Shown here: piece after piece, positions 18,872 through 27,035 of the stretch
Layout of the letters: every line of letters begins with the position of its first letter
Numbering within the stretch: the first letter of the stretch is position 1
From: an uncultured Candidatus Saccharibacteria bacterium
GTDB taxonomy: Bacteria > Patescibacteriota > Saccharimonadia > Saccharimonadales > CAZDQS01
DNA: 64,000 bases
Assembly (NCBI GenBank): GCA_964507855.1
Contig: CAZDQS010000002.1
Span: 27,284 to 91,283 of the forward strand
Direction of reading: 5' to 3'
The notes under the pieces: generated by a model
The model's database searches: none
Seen by the model: the letters and a program-made list of their open reading frames with translations, nothing else
What the model was told of the DNA's origin: nothing
Program-made: the position numbers and the translations under genes

Positions 18872-20275
18872 ATGAATCCGGACGAAGTGCTTGAGCAGGC
18901 GAAGGGCGTGCTTGAGAGAAACCAAAAAGACGAACACACCATACCGGCCGAAGGTCTCTACCCGCACCAATGGCTCTGGGACAGTTGCTTTATCGCCATC
19001 GGGTTGCGGCATTATGACTTAGAGCGCGCCAAGCGGGAGATATTGAGCATGCTCAGAGCCCAGTGGACGAACGGCATGATTCCCAACATGATCTTTGCCG
19101 AAGGGCTGAACCGCAAGGCCGACCAGCACGCCTGGCGCAGCTGGACCAACCCGAACGCTCCAGACGGTATCGCAACAAGCGGTATTACCCAGCCGCCGAT
19201 GCTTGCCGAGGCCATCGTACGGCTTGGCGAAAAAATGCCCCTTGCGGAACGCCGCACATGGTACCAGACTGTGTATCCTGCGCTTCTCTCTTATCATCAA
19301 TGGCTTTACAACGAACGCAGCCCGCACAAAGAGGGCTTGACGCTCCAAATCCACCCGTGGGAAACCGGCTTGGATAACACGCCGCCTTGGATGCGCGAGC
19401 TGCACGAACACGAATTCCCCTTCTGGGTTCGTGTCGCCACCACGCCTCCTTTCCGTAATATTGTCGATTTCTTCCGGCGCGATACCAAGTTTGTGGCGCC
19501 CGGCCAACGCTTATCTACGTTTGAAGCATTGGCACTTTATAGCGTCCAGCACCGGCTGCGACGCAAAAATTATGATATTGACCGTATCCTGAAGCACTCC
19601 CTGTTCGCTATCGAGGATCTGACGTTCAACTCTATTTTTATCCGCGCCAACCAGCAGCTGAAGGCTATCGCAAAAGCCATCAACCGCGAATTGCCCGAAG
19701 ACCTCCTCGAAAACATCAAAAAGACCGAGCACGCGCTCGACCTCCTCTGGGATGCGTACTCCGAACAGTACTACTCACGCAGCTTCGTGACTCATAAACT
19801 CATCAAGGAGCAAAGCATTGCGGCCTTTATGCCGCTCTACGCCGGCAGCATCACCAAGGAGCGTGCCGCCCAGCTGGTCAAGCTGCTACAGGATGAACAT
19901 TCTTTCGCCACCAAATACCCTGTACCAAGCGTGCCACTCAACTCCCAATACTTTAAATCGCATAATTTCTGGCAGGGCCCTGTCTGGATCAATACCAACT
20001 GGCTGATAGCTGATGGGTTGCGGCGCTACGGCTACGACGAACTGGCAAATATCATTGCCGGCAAATCCGTGGAATTGGTGGCCAAAAACGGCTTTTATGA
20101 GTATTTCTCACCCCTCGACGGTACGCCAGCCGGCGCCAAGAACTTCTCCTGGACCGCCGCGCTTGTTGTTGATTTCCTGAGTGATAACATCAAGATAGCA
20201 CCCCAAGAAACCAAAGTGCCGCAAGACACGGCCAAAAAAGAAACCGCCGCAGAAACTGCGACTGCGGTATCATAG
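18872..20275 (+). CDS. Six-hairpin glycoside hydrolase (GH63 / mannosyl- or glucosylglycerate hydrolase-like)
   Basis: 467 aa with LYPHQWLWDSCFIAIGL, HPWETGLDNTPPW and GPVWINTNWL, patterns I associate with GH63-like (alpha/alpha)6 hydrolases. Confidence 0.6.
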   Translation: MNPDEVLEQAKGVLERNQKDEHTIPAEGLYPHQWLWDSCFIAIGLRHYDLERAKREILSMLRAQWTNGMIPNMIFAEGLNRKADQHAWRSWTNPNAPDGIATSGITQPPMLAEAIVRLGEKMPLAERRTWYQTVYPALLSYHQWLYNERSPHKEGLTLQIHPWETGLDNTPPWMRELHEHEFPFWVRVATTPPFRNIVDFFRRDTKFVAPGQRLSTFEALALYSVQHRLRRKNYDIDRILKHSLFAIEDLTFNSIFIRANQQLKAIAKAINRELPEDLLENIKKTEHALDLLWDAYSEQYYSRSFVTHKLIKEQSIAAFMPLYAGSITKERAAQLVKLLQDEHSFATKYPVPSVPLNSQYFKSHNFWQGPVWINTNWLIADGLRRYGYDELANIIAGKSVELVAKNGFYEYFSPLDGTPAGAKNFSWTAALVVDFLSDNIKIAPQETKVPQDTAKKETAAETATAVS

Positions 20276-20328
20276 CCCTATCTTCTCATTGTATCACATT
20301 TTATATGATTTGTCAATAGACAGCAGAT

Positions 20329-21513
20329 TTAGTGCTCTTCTATGCCGTCGAGGAGCGGCGGGGCTTCGGCTGTTTCTGTGGCTTTGTCCGCCAGGCGCTG
20401 GACCTTGCCGAGCTTACCCTCGATAGTCCGCGATTTGCGGCTGGCTGTATCAATCGTGTTCGTAGCCTGCACCAACTTCTCGCGCGTCTTGTCCAGCAGG
20501 TCGCCAAACTTGCCGAACTCGCCCTTGATAACCGTCAGCAGCTCCCATACCTGGCTGGTCTGCTCAGCAATAGCCAGCGTGCGGAAACCAAGCTGGTAGC
20601 TGTTGAGGATAGCGGCTATCGTCGTGGGCCCGGCAATCGTCACGCGGTAGTCACGCTGCAACTGCTCGAACAGCCCTGGCTGGCGCAAGACCTCGGCGTA
20701 CATGCCCTCAATCGGTACATACAGCACGGCAAAGTCGGTCGTCTTGGGCGGCACGATATACTTCTCCTTGATGGACTTCGCCTCAAGCTTGATACGGTTA
20801 ATCAGCGCCTTGGTGGCTTGGTCAACCAGCGCCACATCACCCTTCTCCTGGGCAGCCATCAGACGCTGGTAGTCCTCTATTGGGAACTTGGCATCAATCG
20901 GCAGGTAAATAAAGCCGTCTTTTGAGTTCTTGTCAGGCAACTTGATACAAAAATCCACTTGGTCGCGGCTGCCCGGCGTCAACATCACCTGCTTGTCATA
21001 GTGGTCTTTGATAAATATTTGCTCCAGCAGGTTCTCAAGCTGGACTTCACCCCAGGTACCGCGCGTCTTGACATTGGTCAGCACGCGCTTGAAGTCGCTC
21101 ACGTCACTGGCCAGGCCCTGCATTTCGCCCAAGCCTTTGTGGACTTGCTCCAGCCGGTCACTCACCAGCTTGAAGCTCTCACCCAAGCGCTTCTCCAGCG
21201 TGCTTTGCAGCTTCTCGTCCACCGTTGCGCGCATTTTCTCCAGCTTGTCGGCGTTGTCCTTTTGTAGAGACTCCAGCCGGCCTTCGACCGTCTTGCGGAT
21301 CTGCTCCAGCTTGTCATCGTTTTTGTCGCGAAGTTTATCAAGCCGTTCGGTCAATTCTATCCGCAAATCTTTGTTCGCATCAGAAAATTCCTTCCGGTTA
21401 CGAGCGAACTCATCCCGCAAAGGCCCATCCAACCCGGCACCGCTCTTACGCGTCGCAATATAGGCCAGTAACGTCAAATTGAGCACCCCAATAACCACAG
21501 CAAGATAAAGCAT
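20329..21513 (-). CDS. rmuC: DNA recombination protein RmuC
   Basis: 394 aa. N-terminal TM, long coiled coil, and a C-terminal nuclease-like region with DFCIKLP...LPIDAKFP. Confidence 0.85.
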   Translation of the reverse strand: MLYLAVVIGVLNLTLLAYIATRKSGAGLDGPLRDEFARNRKEFSDANKDLRIELTERLDKLRDKNDDKLEQIRKTVEGRLESLQKDNADKLEKMRATVDEKLQSTLEKRLGESFKLVSDRLEQVHKGLGEMQGLASDVSDFKRVLTNVKTRGTWGEVQLENLLEQIFIKDHYDKQVMLTPGSRDQVDFCIKLPDKNSKDGFIYLPIDAKFPIEDYQRLMAAQEKGDVALVDQATKALINRIKLEAKSIKEKYIVPPKTTDFAVLYVPIEGMYAEVLRQPGLFEQLQRDYRVTIAGPTTIAAILNSYQLGFRTLAIAEQTSQVWELLTVIKGEFGKFGDLLDKTREKLVQATNTIDTASRKSRTIEGKLGKVQRLADKATETAEAPPLLDGIEEH

Positions 21514-21537
21514 AGGCTTATTGTACCCTAGTCGTTC

Positions 21538-21565
21538 TTGACAAAGAAGGCAAAAGTAATATATT
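21538..21565 (+). promoter_or_regulatory. Sigma-70-type promoter TTGACA-16 nt-TATATT, 10 nt upstream of the ATG at 21576
   Basis: TTGACA at 21538-21543 and TATATT at 21560-21565. Implies a leaderless or near-leaderless mRNA. Confidence 0.5.
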
Positions 21566-21575
21566 TAGCCACAAT

Positions 21576-21860
21576 ATGAGTGAACTTCAAGAACCCGTAC
21601 CAGGCCATCACCCCCAATTTCTGGCCGAGACAAGAAATATAATTCACCAGCTATCCCCAGCAGAAGCAACAGCTGTTGGTGTAGTTGATACTGTAATTGG
21701 TGCGGCAGCCGTCTTTGCGCAAGATAAATACAATGTCACCCCAGCGGCAGTCGAAGTTCTGGTGAAAACAGTGGGCGTGTCATTTGCCGCTTTTGGCATA
21801 GCATCCCTCACACATGCAGCGAGATCAGGTTGGGCACGTCTCCATACCCGCCACGAATAA
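21576..21860 (+). CDS. Hypothetical small membrane protein (94 aa)
   Basis: ORF directly downstream of a TTGACA-16-TATATT promoter. Two hydrophobic segments. Confidence 0.45.
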   Translation: MSELQEPVPGHHPQFLAETRNIIHQLSPAEATAVGVVDTVIGAAAVFAQDKYNVTPAAVEVLVKTVGVSFAAFGIASLTHAARSGWARLHTRHE

Positions 21861-21872
21861 ACCCTTTTGAGA

Positions 21873-22685
21873 TTAGTGGTCGTGCCGTTCTGAGTTCTGA
21901 GATGACTCTTCTTCGTGGCCGTGGTTAACATCTACATAGCGATGGGCCAGGTTTATCGAAAGCCCTACGATGACAAGCCCGGCAATCAATAGCAGTGCTT
22001 GCCGGTCAAGCAGCCGCTTCGCTGGCCGTTCGTGGATCGATGGTATGACGTCACTGAGAGCGATGTAGAGCAAAAAGCCGGCACTGACGCCAAGCAGCAC
22101 ACCAACCGGCAATGTCGTTCCACTGCCGAGCGCGAACGTCACAACCGCTGCCGCTACCGTAGCTAGCGCGCTAACTATATTGACCAGCAGCACCGACCGG
22201 CGCTTCATACCCTTTGCTAACAACAGTCCGAAATCCCCAATTTCTTGAGGTATTTCGTGTGCCGCGACAGCAAAAGTGGTCACAATACCCGTAGGCACGC
22301 TGATAAGAAACGCTGCCGCGATCGCCACACCGTCAAGCGCGTTGTGCAAGGTATCACCCGCAATAATGAGCGTCGTCGAAGGATCGGCATGCTGCCCTTC
22401 ATGGGGATGATGGTGGTGGAACCAGCGCAAGAACCGCTCCGCAAAGAAGAACAGGAGCACTCCGGCCAGCGCGGACATCATGACCGTTTCGACCTCCGAT
22501 GACTGCACTCCTTCTGGCAATAGGTCGAGGAATACAGCAGCCAAGAGCGCGCCGGCAGCAAAGGGCGTCGCATATGTTGCCAGCTTTTCTGACCATGTCT
22601 TGTTTCGCAAAAGCAGGATTCCCCCCAACAGGGAGAACAACCCTCCTGCCAGGGAGTAGATAATCACATCTGTGTATGTTGCCAT
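21873..22685 (-). CDS. ZIP-family divalent metal (zinc) transporter
   Basis: 270 aa with HHHHPHEGQH loop and HEIPQEIGDFGLL ZIP signature. Confidence 0.88.
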   Translation of the reverse strand: MATYTDVIIYSLAGGLFSLLGGILLLRNKTWSEKLATYATPFAAGALLAAVFLDLLPEGVQSSEVETVMMSALAGVLLFFFAERFLRWFHHHHPHEGQHADPSTTLIIAGDTLHNALDGVAIAAAFLISVPTGIVTTFAVAAHEIPQEIGDFGLLLAKGMKRRSVLLVNIVSALATVAAAVVTFALGSGTTLPVGVLLGVSAGFLLYIALSDVIPSIHERPAKRLLDRQALLLIAGLVIVGLSINLAHRYVDVNHGHEEESSQNSERHDH

Positions 22686-22759
22686 TAAGGTATCCTTTGG
22701 ATGTTATATAACGCTTGCAGTAACTATATAGCCGCGGGGTTTCTAATTGCAAATATGTC

Positions 22760-22779
22760 GCAATCGATGCTACGATTGC
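22760..22779. promoter_or_regulatory. Candidate Fur/Zur operator: inverted repeat GCAATCG-N6-CGATTGC
   Basis: Perfect 7-bp arms at 22760-22766 and 22773-22779, in the ZIP/Fur divergent intergenic region and ending 6 nt before the regulator ATG. An extra ATTGC at 22745-22749 pairs with GCAAT at 22760-22764. Confidence 0.4.
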
Positions 22780-22785
22780 AGCACA

Positions 22786-23232
22786 ATGATTGAGGCGCAT
22801 ACAGTCCTAAAGGAGCGGCTGCAAACGGAGGGTTACAGCCTGACAAAACCTCGTCGGGCGGTGTTTGACGCACTGCGCGGTCGCGAAGCCCAAAGTATGC
22901 GCGAACTCATCAACCGTCTTGCCGGCACCATCGACCGGGCCAGCGTGTATCGCACAGTGACTTTATTCGAGCAGCTCGGTATCGTACAACGCTTGCAGAT
23001 TGGCTGGAAGTATAAGATCGAGCTCAGCCACACCTTCAGCGACCATCACCACCACCTGATTTGCTTGCAGTGCGGCAAGGTATTCACGTTCGAAGAAAGC
23101 CTGGAGCTCGAAGAAGAAATCGAGCGCACAGCCCGACGACACCACTTCACGGTATCCGAGCACCAACTTGAAATCCGCGGCCTGTGCGAAACCTGCGAAA
23201 TCAACCAAGCCCTCGCCAAATTACCCAACTAA
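22786..23232 (+). CDS. Fur-family metalloregulator (Zur-like, divergent from the ZIP transporter)
   Basis: LTKPRRAVFDAL...HHHHLICLQCGKVFTF...CETC: winged helix plus two CxxC pairs. ATG at 22786. Confidence 0.85.
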   Translation: MIEAHTVLKERLQTEGYSLTKPRRAVFDALRGREAQSMRELINRLAGTIDRASVYRTVTLFEQLGIVQRLQIGWKYKIELSHTFSDHHHHLICLQCGKVFTFEESLELEEEIERTARRHHFTVSEHQLEIRGLCETCEINQALAKLPN

Positions 23233-23255
23233 TTGAGAGCTATCAGCATCTGTTA

Positions 23256-23379
23256 ATTGATGGTACGCGCTTAGTGCAGTTCGGGTGAAAAAGGAGCACC
23301 GCAAAGGAGCCGTAGTTAGCCTACGGTGACTGCGGAGCGCATCTTTTTCGCCCGAAATGTGCAAGCGCATACCATTAAT
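23256..23379 (+). ncRNA. Candidate structured RNA (about 124 nt) in the convergent gap between the Fur-family and PAP2 genes
   Basis: Closing helix of about 17 bp (23256-23272/23363-23379). Inner helix GCACCGC/GCGGAGC (23296-23302/23332-23338). Apical hairpin CCGTAG-ttagc-CTACGG (23310-23326). The G-U pairs favour the plus strand. No family recognised. Confidence 0.25.
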
Positions 23380-23464
23380 CACAAAAAGAGAGCCCCGAAT
23401 CTACGGAGCCCTCACTGGAAGCCTCACACTTCCACCTCCAATTATAACCCAACCACTAGCAAGT

Positions 23465-24097
23465 TCAAGCCTTCTTGGTTTGCCGACTGGCTCGCTCGCT
23501 GGCCATCATGACCACCGCTGCGACAGCCCAACCGATGGCAAAACCGCCCACCACATCCATGGGCGCATGTACCCCCAGATAAATGCGCGACAGCCCGACC
23601 AGAGCGATGACGGGCAGCACCACCCACCGGTAGTGCCCGGGTATATGCGGCCGGGCAATCAACGCGATTGCCGTTGCCAGCGCCATATGCCCAGATGGAA
23701 AGCCAGGCCCCCAGGAAAAGTCCCTCAGCACCAACCCAAAAATAAATCCATCCGGCCGCGGCCGGCCCAGCGCCCCTTTTGCAAAGCCGCTTATCATGTA
23801 CGCCGCCAGGCCGCCAATGAGCAGACGCAACGTCAACAAACGATTCCGGTTTAAGAGCAAAAGCGCTGCCAGCGCAAGCAGCACCCAGATATTGCCAAGC
23901 TGGGTAATCGTTATGAAGAACAGCCACAGCCACGACGGCAGATCATACACTGCATGGAACACCACCTCTTCCCAATGCCCTATGATACCTCCGGTCGCCA
24001 CCCACGTTGTCACCCAGAATATAATGACAGCGAACACCAGCTGTACGGCGTAGCTGAAATGAAACAGCCGTCTTGATTGTGGCGGTTTGTGGCTCAT
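23465..24097 (-). CDS. PAP2-family phosphatase (lipid phosphate / undecaprenyl-diphosphate phosphatase-like)
   Basis: KGALGRPRP ... PSGH ... SRIYLGVHAPMDVVGG (PAP2 motifs C1-C3); polytopic membrane protein. Confidence 0.85.
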   Translation of the reverse strand: MSHKPPQSRRLFHFSYAVQLVFAVIIFWVTTWVATGGIIGHWEEVVFHAVYDLPSWLWLFFITITQLGNIWVLLALAALLLLNRNRLLTLRLLIGGLAAYMISGFAKGALGRPRPDGFIFGLVLRDFSWGPGFPSGHMALATAIALIARPHIPGHYRWVVLPVIALVGLSRIYLGVHAPMDVVGGFAIGWAVAAVVMMASERASRQTKKA

Positions 24098-24110
24098 CTT
24101 GGTATTAACT

Positions 24111-24677
24111 TTAGCGTTTTATGGGCTTGGATACAAACTGGTTGTCTTTGATAAAAAACCGCCACGGCTGGTCGACCGCCTTGGATATGCCAACACGTGT
24201 TGTCTGCACAATCTCCTCCGGCGTAAAACCTTTTTCGAGCACCAATACGCCGTCATTCAAGTGAATACCACTCAATTGCCTGGTGATACCAAGGGCTTGG
24301 GCGGCCTTGGCGGGCCCGCTGGTCAGCTCCCGGACTTGATCGGTGCCACGATTCCGCATCATAATATCTAGCCCCTCGACCGGCTCCAGCGCACGTATCA
24401 GCACTCCTTGGCCATGCCCGGCCTGCCCGGTCACAATGTTGAAACAATAGTGCATGCCATAGGTGAAATAGACATAGACCGTACCAGCCGGGCCAAACAT
24501 CGGCGCATTGCTTTTGGTCGGCCCGCGGAAGGCATGGCTAGCCGGATCTTCCTGAGTGTAGGCTTCCGTCTCGACAATGTAGCCACCGACCCGCCCATCT
24601 GGCGAAACATATACCAACTTCTGTCCAAGAAGATTCTGTGCCGCCGCTACCGCATCCGTCAATACATCAATCATCAA
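24111..24677 (-). CDS. mpg: DNA-3-methyladenine glycosylase (Mpg/AAG family)
   Basis: GYIVETEAYTQEDPASHAFRGPTKSNAPMFGPAGTVYVYFTYGMHYCFNIVT. Confidence 0.9.
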   Translation of the reverse strand: MMIDVLTDAVAAAQNLLGQKLVYVSPDGRVGGYIVETEAYTQEDPASHAFRGPTKSNAPMFGPAGTVYVYFTYGMHYCFNIVTGQAGHGQGVLIRALEPVEGLDIMMRNRGTDQVRELTSGPAKAAQALGITRQLSGIHLNDGVLVLEKGFTPEEIVQTTRVGISKAVDQPWRFFIKDNQFVSKPIKR

Positions 24678-24724
24678 CGTATATTGTAAAGGTATACGTA
24701 ATATAAAGGGTATAATGCCTCAAA

Positions 24725-25624
24725 ATGGCAGCACAAGATTACTCGAATATTACTATCATCTACAATCCGAACAGTACCGGCGGACGCGCGGAAGCAAAAG
24801 CCAAGCGATTGCAGCGCCACCTCATCCGGCACGCCGCCAACGTACACCTGGTCCAAACAGAATATGCCGGCCATGCCGAGAAGATAGCCTACACTCTGGC
24901 CAAGCGCTACAAGCGGCCGCTCATTATCTCCTCAAGCGGCGATGGCGGCTACAACGAGGTCATTAACGGCGTCATGCGTGCCCGTGACGAAGACAAGGCT
25001 CGCGAGCCAGTCTGTGCTGTGTTACCGGCCGGCAATGCCAATGACCATCGGCGCGCTACCCGCAAGCGCCCGCTGGCCTACGCCATCCTCCGCAACGAGC
25101 CTGAAGCAGTCGACGTCCTGCGCCTGCAGGTCAGCAGCCCGACCACCTCTCTCACCCGCTACGCCCACTCGTACATCGGCCTCGGCATCACCTCAAAGAT
25201 TGCAATTGAACTGAATAACACTCACCTCAATCCGTGGAACGAACTGCAGATAGTGTGGCGCAACTGGCTCCATTCCGAACCGTTTGCCATTCGCCCAAAA
25301 GAAGAACCGGCCCGCACGCTCGACAGCCTTGTTTTTGCCAATATCAGCCAAATGGCAAAAGTACTAAAACTTGGCGGCCGCACCAACCTGCACGACGGCC
25401 TGTTCCGGGTCGTTGCTATCCCGCATCGCAACCCATTCCGGCAACTTGTTACCTATACCAGCATTGCCATCCGCGGCTTCAAGTCACCGCCACAAACCGC
25501 TACGTACGAGTTCACCCTGCCGCGCACCCAGCTCGCGCATACCGATGGCGAAGTCCTGAAAATCCCCGGCGGTTCACGCGTCCGTGTCAAAGGTCTCAAA
25601 GAAGTGTTGCTGACTATCCGTTAA
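24725..25624 (+). CDS. Diacylglycerol/lipid kinase family protein (YegS-like)
   Basis: IIYNPNSTGG ... ISSSGDGGYNEVINGV (the GGDGT-type motif); 299 aa. Confidence 0.7.
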   Translation: MAAQDYSNITIIYNPNSTGGRAEAKAKRLQRHLIRHAANVHLVQTEYAGHAEKIAYTLAKRYKRPLIISSSGDGGYNEVINGVMRARDEDKAREPVCAVLPAGNANDHRRATRKRPLAYAILRNEPEAVDVLRLQVSSPTTSLTRYAHSYIGLGITSKIAIELNNTHLNPWNELQIVWRNWLHSEPFAIRPKEEPARTLDSLVFANISQMAKVLKLGGRTNLHDGLFRVVAIPHRNPFRQLVTYTSIAIRGFKSPPQTATYEFTLPRTQLAHTDGEVLKIPGGSRVRVKGLKEVLLTIR

Positions 25625-25634
25625 GCCACGAAGC

Positions 25635-26132
25635 CTAACGCCGCCAGCCCAGCTTCTTGCCAACGATGCCATCAAGATAAAGATGGCTGAAATAACCGCT
25701 TACCGCGGCGCCGTATATCAAAAGCCCGGTATCCCAGATGTAGCGATCATGGAGGTATGGAACCAGGACAATCGGCAACGGCACCAGTACCATAGCCAAA
25801 AACGTATGTGTCCAACCACGATGCTTACCAATAATTGGCGTCATGGCCAAGAGCCCTAAGTATGCCGCAGCCTCGAACCGCCCCGTCGCAATCAAAATAA
25901 TGTCCGCAACAAAAGCCAAACCAAAGAAAATATTCTGGCCCATGGAATTCGTATCAACATCCGGCCACAACCCAAACAGCACGGCAATCACCAGTAGCCC
26001 AGCCAACATTTGCCAGTCGCTTAAAATACCGCTGGTTTGCTTCAGCGCTTCCCCCGGCACTGCCGACAGCGCCGCCACGTACAAACCGCACGCAACTGTC
26101 GCACCGAGCACATGTCCTTTATAGTTCGCCAC
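25635..26132 (-). CDS. Membrane-bound metal-dependent hydrolase (YdjM/DUF457-like)
   Basis: 165 aa, polytopic. N-terminal MANYKGHVLG, with later His residues in short loops. Confidence 0.5.
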   Translation of the reverse strand: MANYKGHVLGATVACGLYVAALSAVPGEALKQTSGILSDWQMLAGLLVIAVLFGLWPDVDTNSMGQNIFFGLAFVADIILIATGRFEAAAYLGLLAMTPIIGKHRGWTHTFLAMVLVPLPIVLVPYLHDRYIWDTGLLIYGAAVSGYFSHLYLDGIVGKKLGWRR

Positions 26133-26163
26133 GAACGCAGTTAAACATAAGCTGTTCTGTTTG

Positions 26164-26973
26164 TTAAGACTTGGCGCGCATGCTTAGTGAGTTGTCAATC
26201 AAGCCGGCGACAAACTGGCCGTACCCGACGTCTATCTCATGCCGCTCGTATATCATGTGGAGCGTTATGTTCTTCTTGGATTTTGCAAGCGTCTCTAAAT
26301 TACGCTTGACGACGAAAATATCAAAATGACCGCACACTAAATCTATTGGCATACTGAGCTTTTGCGCGTCCTCAAACGTCGTTTGCCGCATGATAGTATT
26401 TTCGAGACTCATGCGGTTAGCGTGCCATGTCTTCCTCGTCAGACCAAATCCGACCATTTGTGGCAGCAGCTTCGTCACCAGCGCAGCGCTTTTGAGCGTA
26501 AAGCGCGGCCGCTCGATGAGATATTTATAAATAGAGAAATACATCGTGCTGCTTTTTCGTGGCGGATTGTTCCGGTATATCGGCATGCCGCACAATATCA
26601 GCCGCTTGACCATTTCCGGACGTTGCTTGGCGATTTCAACCGACACCAGGCTCCCCATAGAATGCCCGACCAGTATGACCGGCCTGTTAACGCCAATCCT
26701 ATCGAGTGTTTCGAGCACAAGGCGAGCATGTTCTTTCGTCGAATAATCCGACCGACGGGGTTTCGGCGACCGGCCAAAACCTAGCATATCGATAGCAATC
26801 ACACGGCAACGACGCCGGATATGTGGCAACACGTATGCCCAGTTATTGTGGTCACTGGCCAAACCATGCAACAACACGACTGGCTGGCCCGAACCAAATT
26901 GTATCGGCACAGCCAGTTTGTGCGGCCGCCGCAAAATCCTATGCCATAACCATTCGCTAAACCGTTCAAACAT
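26164..26973 (-). CDS. Alpha/beta-fold hydrolase
   Basis: VVLLHGLASDHNNW and nucleophile elbow VGHSMGS. Confidence 0.8.
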   Translation of the reverse strand: MFERFSEWLWHRILRRPHKLAVPIQFGSGQPVVLLHGLASDHNNWAYVLPHIRRRCRVIAIDMLGFGRSPKPRRSDYSTKEHARLVLETLDRIGVNRPVILVGHSMGSLVSVEIAKQRPEMVKRLILCGMPIYRNNPPRKSSTMYFSIYKYLIERPRFTLKSAALVTKLLPQMVGFGLTRKTWHANRMSLENTIMRQTTFEDAQKLSMPIDLVCGHFDIFVVKRNLETLAKSKKNITLHMIYERHEIDVGYGQFVAGLIDNSLSMRAKS

Positions 26974-27035
26974 ATTTGTATTGGCCTAATTTCTCTATCA
27001 GCAGTTAAGCATAAACAGTGTGAGTTGTATACCGC

